This document shows, piece by piece, positions 47,868-55,306 of a stretch of DNA of 64,000 bases. The position numbers were made by a program, and so were the translations under genes. Numbering within the stretch: position 1 is the first letter of the stretch; every line of letters starts with the position of its first letter. A model generated the notes under the pieces. That model saw only the letters and a program-made list of their open reading frames with translations, searched no databases and was not told the origin of the DNA. This DNA is from a virus: IMG/VR virus record IMGVR_UViG_3300044808_000010, positions 6,891 through 70,890 of that record, one strand, 5' to 3'.

Positions 47868-49352
47868 TTACTTCTTGCGGCGCTTCACGGCGGCCTCGAC
47901 TTCGGCTTGGGTTGGATGCGAACCGTCAGCATTCACGGAATTGGCGTAATACGCACGAAACTCGGCGTCGGTCATCGCGCGGAGACTTCCTGCGGTGATG
48001 CCTGACTTGGCTGTCTTCCCTGTTGGCGGGGTCGGCACGCCTACATTCACGCCGCCTTGCGGCGCTTTATCGACTTCCGCGAAGAGCGCGGTGGCAGCGG
48101 ATCGCTTCTCGCGCGCTTCCTTCCTAAGTTTTTCAATATCAGCCGGATCAAGTCGCGCGCTAAATGGCTTTCCCTCTTCGGCTTTAATTGAACCTTCAAT
48201 GCCGTCAGCGACACTTTGCAACGCGTAAGCCTCCGCGCGCTTACCCTCAATCCCGGCATCATACTTCGATTTTCCAAGATTCAAGGACGCCTGCTCAACC
48301 TGTAATCGTGCGGCGTTTATCTGAGCGTTGAAAGTCTGAATCTGTTTCGAGAAGTCGAATTTCTCGCGACTGAATTCGTAATTCCGTTTGCTGCTCAGAG
48401 TTTCCCCTGTGTCCAAGTCACGCTTCTCGCCAACGCCTGTAACAGCCTTCTCGCCTTCCGGCGTTTCCACGTAAGCCCAGTTACCCTTCGGATCACGTTG
48501 CAACGTGTATTTCAAATGCCCGTCAGGGTCTTCGATTTCGACGCGAGGCTGCCCCTTACCGCGTGCGGCGTTGTAGGCGGTCGGATCAATATTCAGTCCT
48601 GCTTCCTTGGCCTGGTTCAGCAATCGAGCATGCGTGGCGTCCCCTGGATCGATGTAGCCCAGCCGATCCAACTGCGCCAGCAAAATGCGCTGTGTGCTCG
48701 TCAGCGATTTCGTCTTCGCCGCGGTCTGGCGCTCTGTCAGATTCTTATAACCAAGATCGGTCAGATTTGACCGCCGCGTGATATTCGAGGCGGTGTTCGC
48801 GTACTTTTCCGCCCGAACAACATCTTCTTCCCGCTGCTGCACGTCATACATCTTCTTGATTGCGCCGGGGAGTTTAGGGCGAATCGCGCCGGAGACGGCG
48901 CCGCCGCCAAATGCTCCAAGTTGGCGCGCGACATCTGCCCACGTGCCCCCTGCCGGAGCCTGCCCCATAGCGTAAGCGCCCATCTTGAGCGCGGCTTTGA
49001 AGCGGTTCTCCTTTTCTACGGGCGCATCCCGGGTCGCCTTCAATTGATTCAGAGCGCGGGAAAGTTCGGCTAATGCTGGATCGTCATAACCGGCTGGCTG
49101 CGGCGCTGGCGCGGAAGATCCGGCGGGCGCGACAGGCGTGTCCCCCATGGGGGAAGAAATCGGCGGACGTGGAAAGGCGCGAGGGTTTGGGGAAGCATCG
49201 CCGCCAACTGGCATGACTGCATAAGTATTACCCACAGGCACGACCGCCGTGGCCGCCACGGGCTCTTTCGGGGAAGGTAAACTCATCGCCACGTCTTGCT
49301 GACGCCGCTTTGGATCGTCTTCCCGCCTGCGTTGGACTGCGTAAACGCTCAT
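47868..49352 (-). CDS. putative DNA-ejection protein
   Basis: Pro-rich N-terminus, Gly-rich amphipathic segment, coiled coils; start uncertain (49286, 49352 or 49424). Confidence 0.6.
   Translation of the reverse strand: MSVYAVQRRREDDPKRRQQDVAMSLPSPKEPVAATAVVPVGNTYAVMPVGGDASPNPRAFPRPPISSPMGDTPVAPAGSSAPAPQPAGYDDPALAELSRALNQLKATRDAPVEKENRFKAALKMGAYAMGQAPAGGTWADVARQLGAFGGGAVSGAIRPKLPGAIKKMYDVQQREEDVVRAEKYANTASNITRRSNLTDLGYKNLTERQTAAKTKSLTSTQRILLAQLDRLGYIDPGDATHARLLNQAKEAGLNIDPTAYNAARGKGQPRVEIEDPDGHLKYTLQRDPKGNWAYVETPEGEKAVTGVGEKRDLDTGETLSSKRNYEFSREKFDFSKQIQTFNAQINAARLQVEQASLNLGKSKYDAGIEGKRAEAYALQSVADGIEGSIKAEEGKPFSARLDPADIEKLRKEAREKRSAATALFAEVDKAPQGGVNVGVPTPPTGKTAKSGITAGSLRAMTDAEFRAYYANSVNADGSHPTQAEVEAAVKRRKK
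49141..49154. repeat. dispersed palindrome copy 13 TCCCCCATGGGGGA
   Basis: SPMGD. Confidence 0.95.
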
Positions 49353-49485
49353 TGACGTGGAAACTAGCATGAGACTTGCTTGCTGGGCAATGATTACGTT
49401 ACAGTGCGCGCGATCGCAAGCCATGCGATCCTCCTTTGGTTGGTGGTTAGCGGGGACGGTCTGACACAGCCGCCCCCGCCTTTTT

Positions 49486-50100
49486 ATGAATCAAATCTGG
49501 CTTCGACACCAAAACGGCAATGGCAAAAAATTCGGAAATAACTGCGAGGTCTCAGATGACTCATTCCTCGATCGCTCAAGTTGCGTCGGCGACAACGCCG
49601 AAATCTTCAACTCCCGTGTCGTCGATGGCTCCGTCATCTCCGACAACGCCCGCGTTTCAGGTGCTCTCATATCCGGTTCTAATGTACGGGATAACGCTTG
49701 TGTCATGGGTTATCCCATCGCCGAAATCTCCGGCTGCGACCTCAGCGGCAACACCCGCGTCTGGCAATCGCCAAGACTCCAAAACGTAACCCTTCGAGAT
49801 GTCAGCGTGTTTGGCGACGCGGAACTTTATGGGCCGTGGGAGTTGAATGCGGCTGTGCGGATTCACGCCGGCGCCTGGTCGCAACCGCCGCGCTGGCGGC
49901 TAATCCAAGGCGAGAACATTCATGTCGTGATTTCAGAGTGCGTGGAAGATAGATTTCACGTTGGATGCTTTTGTGAACCGTACAGCGAGTGGGCGCGGCC
50001 GGGGTATCGTGAGCGGCTCGGCGCACGGGCGGGCTGGACGCCAGAGCAGATAGAAATCGGATTCGAGTGGTTCACGCGATGGCGCGCTAACCCTTCATAA
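49486..50100 (+). CDS. left-handed beta-helix (hexapeptide-repeat) protein
   Basis: VSDDSF/VGDNAE/ISDNAR/VRDNAC/LSGNTR/VFGDAE repeats, then a VGC..W domain. Confidence 0.75.
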   Translation: MNQIWLRHQNGNGKKFGNNCEVSDDSFLDRSSCVGDNAEIFNSRVVDGSVISDNARVSGALISGSNVRDNACVMGYPIAEISGCDLSGNTRVWQSPRLQNVTLRDVSVFGDAELYGPWELNAAVRIHAGAWSQPPRWRLIQGENIHVVISECVEDRFHVGCFCEPYSEWARPGYRERLGARAGWTPEQIEIGFEWFTRWRANPS

Positions 50101-50251
50101 GCGAGACGACGATGGGGCCGCCTATCAGCAGAAACGCCAGCAACCCCGCAAAGAAAGCGATGCGCCCCAACTCTGCGACCTTCGCGTTGCTCGATAGCGC
50201 ATACACCAAAGCGCCAATCAAACAAATCAGCAATGGAAGAAAAATAGTCAT
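50087..50251 (-). CDS. 54-aa two-TM membrane protein (not in ORF track)
   Basis: MTIFLPLLICLIGALVYALSSNAKVAELGRIAFFAGLLAFLL; RBS GGGAGG. Confidence 0.6.
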   Translation of the reverse strand: MTIFLPLLICLIGALVYALSSNAKVAELGRIAFFAGLLAFLLIGGPIVVSLMKG

Positions 50252-50325
50252 TTTCACAGCCCTCCCGTGCGCCCACTGTAATTCACTCTATCGGTGACGG
50301 CAAAGGAAATTCTTTTAACAATGTC

Positions 50326-50673
50326 CTAGTCGCCGGTCAGCCGTTTCAGATTTCCACGCTCTCGCGCTACTTCCACTTGCTGCTCCAATAGCCGAATGGT
50401 GACGTCTCGTTGCTCCAGCTTCCGCTCGACGAGAATCGTATACCGATTCATCTCTCGCAACATCTCGCCCGCTGTCATGTTCGTTTTGAGTTGCAGATCG
50501 TCCCGCTGCGCTTCTGCCAGCCCTGCCTCTGCGTCCGTTTTATGAATCTCGGATGGTAGTTTTTTCTTACTAATGTGAACGGTCAGGTAGGTTGCAATAG
50601 CAGAAAACGTTGCAGCGATGCCTGCGATGATAGCGGTGGGCCACGTCAACACTGATACTGGAGGTGATTCCAT
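50326..50673 (-). CDS. membrane-anchored coiled-coil protein (lysis-associated?)
   Basis: N-terminal TM plus coiled coil. Confidence 0.6.
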   Translation of the reverse strand: MESPPVSVLTWPTAIIAGIAATFSAIATYLTVHISKKKLPSEIHKTDAEAGLAEAQRDDLQLKTNMTAGEMLREMNRYTILVERKLEQRDVTIRLLEQQVEVARERGNLKRLTGD

Positions 50674-50676
50674 TTA

Positions 50677-51150
50677 TCATGAGGCTGCGAGTGTTTTCAT
50701 GCGACGGTGAATCTGCTCCAAGTCACCGTATTTCAGATCCTCGTGGGGTCGGCACAGTCGCTCGGTAAAGGGGCACACTACCGGGAATTCGCTCTGTCCC
50801 TGTTGCCGGTACATCTGTTCAGCGTCCGAATAGGGGAACTGGTTGCCGCCGAACACTACCTCTGCTTGGGGAAGGCTGACGTCCACCGGCCCCTTCTTGT
50901 AGAACGCCGCCGAACTACAGGCTCCGCAGATAGCTTTGGCCGTGGCTTCGTTGGTGCAAATGGATTGCAACACAAGGCGAGTGCCATCAGGTGCCACGAC
51001 GGTCGGCAGTCCGTGTGCGTGGCACCAGCGAGCAAACCGCAGATAGACTTGCCAGAACAGGAATCTCTGCCACCAGTTTAGGTGCTTCGTGTCCCTGGTC
51101 AGGTCAAAGGCTGCGTAGTTATTTTTTACCGTCTCGGCCAGTGCTGCCAT
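50677..51150 (-). CDS. hypothetical protein
   Basis: ORF in late operon; start uncertain. Confidence 0.55.
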   Translation of the reverse strand: MAALAETVKNNYAAFDLTRDTKHLNWWQRFLFWQVYLRFARWCHAHGLPTVVAPDGTRLVLQSICTNEATAKAICGACSSAAFYKKGPVDVSLPQAEVVFGGNQFPYSDAEQMYRQQGQSEFPVVCPFTERLCRPHEDLKYGDLEQIHRRMKTLAAS

Positions 51151-51298
51151 CCGTCTTGTCCTTTGAGGGCTTCTTGCCCTTGTCGTCGGGGGCGGGCTGG
51201 CTGCGTCCTGGTCCACCAACGGTAGAACCGCCGCCCGGATCGACAGGGGGATCGGGTGGCGGGTTTTGCTGGCAGAGGATGGTGCTGATGAATTTCAT
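51119..51298 (-). CDS. 59-aa Pro/Gly-rich protein (not in ORF track)
   Basis: RBS AAGGAG; MKFISTILCQQNPPPDPPVDPGGG. Confidence 0.45.
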   Translation of the reverse strand: MKFISTILCQQNPPPDPPVDPGGGSTVGGPGRSQPAPDDKGKKPSKDKTDGSTGRDGKK

Positions 51299-51560
51299 GA
51301 CGTGTTCTCCTTCTTAGGGCTTTCCATGTTCTCTTGAAATACGTTTGCGGCCGTCTCGATCCGTTCACGAATCAGGTCTGCGACTTCTTGCGCCACCATG
51401 AGCGTAACGCCCAGCCTCTCCATGATCGTATCGCGGATAATATCTGCTTCGCCTCGGCGGCCATCTTCTTCCATTCGGTTCTTTCTGCCCCGCTGTCCAG
51501 ATACTCGAAATACGTGTTTAGGCAAAACACTCCTACGATAAAGAGGATGAAGATTAGCAT

Positions 51561-51809
51561 CTACTTGGACGCCCTGTGATCGTTACCAAACGGCATAGCC
51601 TGTGAAAGCGTAACCGGCTCATACGTGGGAGCGTCAGCCTTCCCATCCAACTCCCGCACGATCTCCACCGCTTCGTCTTCGGTGAAGCCGTCCAGCCCTA
51701 TCTCGGTCGCTTGGCGCGACTCGCAGTGGACGCGCTCTACTACCGGAACGCCAGCACCTTCTCGCTGTTGCTCTACGGTTTCATACGATGTAATTGATTT
51801 AGTCGCCAT
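51561..51809 (-). CDS. hypothetical protein
   Basis: Operon context. Confidence 0.5.
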   Translation of the reverse strand: MATKSITSYETVEQQREGAGVPVVERVHCESRQATEIGLDGFTEDEAVEIVRELDGKADAPTYEPVTLSQAMPFGNDHRASK

Positions 51810-51921
51810 ACAAATACCCCGCACCGTGGCAGTTGGAACACATCGCCCACTCCCACAAGGTAGCAGTGAGCCAGTTACGGAAGCCGCCGCGTCCGTGACA
51901 GCGATGACAGAGCGTTCTCAT
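51799..51921 (-). CDS. 40-aa DnaJ-type zinc-finger microprotein (not in ORF track)
   Basis: MRTLCHRCHGRGG...CSNCHGAG; exactly fills the intergenic gap. Confidence 0.55.
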   Translation of the reverse strand: MRTLCHRCHGRGGFRNWLTATLWEWAMCSNCHGAGYLYGD

Positions 51922-51922
51922 C

Positions 51923-52129
51923 TTACGCCTCAGTTTCCGCGATCAGGGCTTCCAGCTTCGCGGCGTCAGCGGCATTCAACTCCCGCGCCGCTGCCGTCAA
52001 CTCCGCGTCCGTCATCCCCGTTTCGTTCTTGAGCGCGGCGTAGGCCCGCAGGGCGATGGGAACGATGTCGCCGCCAATCTTTATCGCGGCGTTGATGAGC
52101 GCCAGGATTGAGGTAATATTTTCGTTCAT
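51923..52129 (-). CDS. small protein downstream of lipoprotein (spanin partner?)
   Basis: Overlaps the lipoprotein stop; amphipathic. Confidence 0.55.
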   Translation of the reverse strand: MNENITSILALINAAIKIGGDIVPIALRAYAALKNETGMTDAELTAAARELNAADAAKLEALIAETEA

Positions 52130-52581
52130 TTTTTCACCCCCGCTAATGCCACTTGGATGATTGCCACGGCTGAATCAAGTGCGGAAATAGCTGAATCGAA
52201 GGCAAGCGACCCGTCCTTCGACTTAATGCCAAGCACGCCGGTCGCTTTCAACTCCTTCACCGCGTCTTCGACAACCTTTAGTTGGGCGATCAGGTCGGCT
52301 CTAACTCCCGGCGTGTCTGCCGTGGCCGCCTCTGCTTTGTCGATCAAGACTTTGTTGCCAGAGTTCACTTTCAGCAGCGCCTTGGCGATCTGGTTTGTGC
52401 GCGCCTTGTCGATTACCCCGTCATGGAACAGCGTGGTCGTGGTGTCCACTGCTGCGTCGGTGACGACCTGGATGCGATAGGCCGCTTTTCGCGCCTCGCG
52501 TATTTTGTCGCCGCCGCACGCTTGGGAAACAAGCGCGCAAAGAACGATAACGGGGATTAAGTAACGTCTGGTGTGCCTCAT
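52126..52581 (-). CDS. lipoprotein, possible spanin component
   Basis: Basic N-terminus, hydrophobic core, lipobox-like SQAC; in lysis cluster. Confidence 0.65.
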   Translation of the reverse strand: MRHTRRYLIPVIVLCALVSQACGGDKIREARKAAYRIQVVTDAAVDTTTTLFHDGVIDKARTNQIAKALLKVNSGNKVLIDKAEAATADTPGVRADLIAQLKVVEDAVKELKATGVLGIKSKDGSLAFDSAISALDSAVAIIQVALAGVKK

Positions 52582-52919
52582 GAGTTCTCCTTTGCGACTT
52601 CGGCCTTTGCCACTCTCTCAGCCACGTCGGTCTTGGTGTCCTGCGGGTGAACAGTTACGTCGGTCGCGATTACCTTGTCAAGCAACTCCTTGGAACTTCC
52701 CTGCGGCATCTTGAGTGCCAGCATGATCCGCTCCTTCACTTTGTACTTTTCAAACAGCGACCAGAACGCCATGACCACGCCGCCGATGATGGCCGCTACC
52801 GTGGACTCCCACAGATCGTTGTCAACGATCCCTTTGCGAATGAAGTAGCCACCAACGAGCGCCAGCGCTAGGCGAACAAGGGACGTGATCCAGGCATTAA
52901 CAATTGAAGTTGGGTTCAT
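52578..52919 (-). CDS. putative holin
   Basis: Two TM helices, SLVRLAL...GGYFIRKG...WSL, charged C-terminus; next to endolysin. Confidence 0.7.
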   Translation of the reverse strand: MNPTSIVNAWITSLVRLALALVGGYFIRKGIVDNDLWESTVAAIIGGVVMAFWSLFEKYKVKERIMLALKMPQGSSKELLDKVIATDVTVHPQDTKTDVAERVAKAEVAKENS

Positions 52920-52981
52920 GCGTCTTTTCCTCCACCGCGAACGATGTCAGAAAGACCCACGGGTTGCAAGTGGAATCTATC

Positions 52982-53437
52982 TTAGTAGTGGGTGGCGAAC
53001 TGAAAATGCATGGGGTCTTTGCGCGATAAAAAGTCGCCACCATAGAAGAATCCAGCCGCGCGCCAGATATTTACAATGCTCTCTGGCATGCGCTTTTTCG
53101 ATCCTAACGGATACCGCGAGGCCAGCATGTCAATGGCGATTCCCCATGAGTGACAGGATGGATGGGACGCTTGGCCGCGAATCGGTCGGCGCGCGTAAAT
53201 ACCATTAAACTCCAGAAATTGCCCAGCGAGGCCAGCCTTATGGATTTCTTCGAATGCATACACGAAGTTATCGACCAGCAACCGGTGACAGCGCGTCTTC
53301 GTCACCGGCTTGCCTTCGTACTTCAAAGGGTAGGGAAGCGCGAAACTGACAATGTTCCGCGCTTCAAACTTTGGATCGTCCAACGAGCCAAAGACTTTGA
53401 CGATCTCGTCCCGACCGATAGGGGTGGCTTTCAACAT
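52982..53437 (-). CDS. endolysin, M15 family peptidase
   Basis: R..RG...SCHSWGIAID and DPMHFQ zinc-binding motifs. Confidence 0.9.
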   Translation of the reverse strand: MLKATPIGRDEIVKVFGSLDDPKFEARNIVSFALPYPLKYEGKPVTKTRCHRLLVDNFVYAFEEIHKAGLAGQFLEFNGIYARRPIRGQASHPSCHSWGIAIDMLASRYPLGSKKRMPESIVNIWRAAGFFYGGDFLSRKDPMHFQFATHY

Positions 53438-53724
53438 TACTCGTCTTCGGTAGACTCGGGCTGGGCGAGTTCCTTGGCTTTGGCCTTCTCGGACCCGTGA
53501 TCAATCCACGCCTCGATGCCGTCGCATTTGTAGTGCTCTTTGCCCTGCGCCTTCATCGTTTTCAGAAGATGCTCTTGGGCTTGTTTCACGCGCTGCGAGG
53601 CCGCGCCGCGCTCGCTATTGGCGGCGATCAAAGCGCCAGCCGCTTCGTCGATTTCCGGTATCCCTGGGTTTTCCATCTCCGGTAATCGCGGGTTTGGTTT
53701 CTTTGTTGCTCCTGCCGTAGCCAT
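53437..53724 (-). CDS. hypothetical protein
   Basis: RBS AAAGGA; coupled to endolysin. Confidence 0.6.
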   Translation of the reverse strand: MATAGATKKPNPRLPEMENPGIPEIDEAAGALIAANSERGAASQRVKQAQEHLLKTMKAQGKEHYKCDGIEAWIDHGSEKAKAKELAQPESTEDE

Positions 53725-53797
53725 GGGTGTGTCCTTTCTGATTGTGTCTAACCATTTATCGGTGGGTTGAGTGAAATTCATTTGCGGCCATTGACGA

Positions 53798-53897
53798 CCT
53801 GACGGCCGCTATCAGGCGCTCTGCCATGAACGTGCGCCGTCACCGCACGGCCTGAGCTTCCGGCGATTTGCGCGCCGGGGCGGGATTCGAACCCGGC
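53798..53897 (-). ncRNA. circularly permuted tRNA-like element
   Basis: T-arm CGGG-TTCGAAT-CCCG and 3' acceptor strand precede the 5' acceptor strand, D stem GCTC/GAGC and anticodon-like stem CCTGA/TCAGG. Confidence 0.55.
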
Positions 53898-53908
53898 AGG
53901 CGGGCGCT

Positions 53909-54124
53909 TCATGGCTCAGGCTCGTGCTCAACGAAATGTTTTTCCGCGTGCTCCACCAGCGCCCTGATCCTGTGACGCAAAGTCCACTCTGGCTCGCTTC
54001 CGGCGCGGCCACTGGCGTCCAGTGATGCCTTTAGCATCTTCCAACCAGCGAGCGACATAGTCAGTTCCATGGTGAAATGAACGCCATCAGGATTAGTTAG
54101 CGCGAACTTAGCCGATAAACTCAC
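53909..54124 (-). CDS. hypothetical protein
   Basis: GTGA overlap with upstream stop. Confidence 0.5.
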   Translation of the reverse strand: MSLSAKFALTNPDGVHFTMELTMSLAGWKMLKASLDASGRAGSEPEWTLRHRIRALVEHAEKHFVEHEPEP

Positions 54125-54573
54125 AACCCCTCCAAATCTGGCTCCTGCGGTTTCCCGTCCTTGCTCCAAACCAGATTCATTTCCCCTGGCTTGAACTCCG
54201 GGCACGTATCCGCGTGCATTACACAGTGCTCGATCGCGGCGTCGTTCGACTTGTAAACCTTCCCGCCCAACGCTCGAATCTTTTTCACGATGTCGATGAT
54301 CTCAAATCGCATCCGAAACTGCTGCGGACGTTTCGCCGGGCCTTTTACGCGCCCTTTCCTGATTTTTGGGTCCTTGCGCCGCGCCAGAAGTTGATCAATT
54401 TGCGTCTGGCTGACCCGGCCTCTGCTGGGCTGCCGGGCAATCAACCCTTTTTTCATCAGTTGGTAAAACGTGATGTCGGTGTACTTCGTGATTTCCGACA
54501 TCTCGTCCAGCGAGTACGTTTTTTCTGGCTCACTTTCCCCCATGGGGGACTTTTCGGGTTTCGGTTGCGTCAT
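54121..54573 (-). CDS. MerR/excisionase-like HTH DNA-binding protein
   Basis: TYSLDEMSEITKYTDITFYQLMKKGLI; first gene of the late leftward block. Confidence 0.6.
   Translation of the reverse strand: MTQPKPEKSPMGESEPEKTYSLDEMSEITKYTDITFYQLMKKGLIARQPSRGRVSQTQIDQLLARRKDPKIRKGRVKGPAKRPQQFRMRFEIIDIVKKIRALGGKVYKSNDAAIEHCVMHADTCPEFKPGEMNLVWSKDGKPQEPDLEGL
54536..54549. repeat. dispersed palindrome copy 14 TCCCCCATGGGGGA
   Basis: SPMGE near the start of the HTH gene. Confidence 0.95.
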
Positions 54574-54605
54574 CGGCGCTGACGATAACAAAGCAAACCT
54601 CCCTC

Positions 54606-54634
54606 TTGCAATACGTTTTTTACCACAGTAAGAT
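54606..54634 (+). promoter_or_regulatory. sigma70-type promoter TTGCAA-17-TAAGAT
   Basis: Exact 17-bp spacer; same -35 as the promoter at 400. Confidence 0.65.
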
Positions 54635-54639
54635 GGGCG

Positions 54640-54847
54640 CGCCGCCTGTGACGCCGAGCCGTAAAAAGCTCTTTCCATCGGAGTGACGACATGGCCTGCG
54701 CTGCTTTGGGGAAACCGGCGCTGGCAAGTCTGAAGCGCGAAATCATCCGAGCAGGCGGCGTAAACGGGCAGGTATGACAGGCGCTTTGAGGTAAGCACGC
54801 TCGAAAGGGCTACAGGCTGAATTGAGTGGCTTGGAGAGCCTGCCCGT
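54640..54847 (+). ncRNA. two-domain structured RNA or leader
   Basis: CGCCGCCTG/CAGGCGGCG (54640-48/54752-60) and ACGGGCAGG/CCTGCCCGT (54764-72/54839-47). Confidence 0.5.
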
Positions 54848-54856
54848 AAAACTTCC

Positions 54857-55306
54857 ATGAAACGCTCCGCCCCAATGAAACGGACGCCCATGAAGCGAAC
54901 CCGGATGCGCTACAACGCGCCGGCCAGGGATTCGCGCCGCGATCTCGAGCGCATCTTGGACGCCCTGACGCGGAAAATCGTGCTCGCGCAGGAATTCAAG
55001 TGTTTTACCTGCGACGCCTTCGAAGGGCTCGACTGGGGACACCTCTTTACCCGGACGTGGCGCCCGACCAGGTGGGACGTGGCGCGGGACGGGAACAATC
55101 ACGCCCAATGCTGGCCCTGCAACAGTCTGCATGAGGAAGAACCCCATCACTACACTGACAAGTTCATCGAAACCTTTGGCGAGCCAGCCTACGACGCTCT
55201 GGACGCCCGCGCCCACAGCCACCACAAATTCACCATCATCGAACTTCACGACATGATCGCCGAACGCGCGGCGCTACTGGAGAGGTTGCAAAATGGCTCA
55301 AATTGA
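54857..55306 (+). CDS. NinG-like (HNH-fold) recombination endonuclease
   Basis: CFTC...LDWGHLFTR...TRWD...NNHAQCWPCN. Confidence 0.8.
   Translation: MKRSAPMKRTPMKRTRMRYNAPARDSRRDLERILDALTRKIVLAQEFKCFTCDAFEGLDWGHLFTRTWRPTRWDVARDGNNHAQCWPCNSLHEEEPHHYTDKFIETFGEPAYDALDARAHSHHKFTIIELHDMIAERAALLERLQNGSN

Noticed and set aside
53798-53897. Canonical tRNA or two-piece tmRNA
   Set aside because: Halves are in reverse order, there is no CCA, the anticodon loop is 9 nt, and there is no GGGG 5' end or G3-U70 alanine identity. Kept only as tRNA-like.
54574-54891. N-terminal extension of the 54121 ORF
   Set aside because: It runs through the divergent promoter and structured RNA; ATG 54573 is more plausible.
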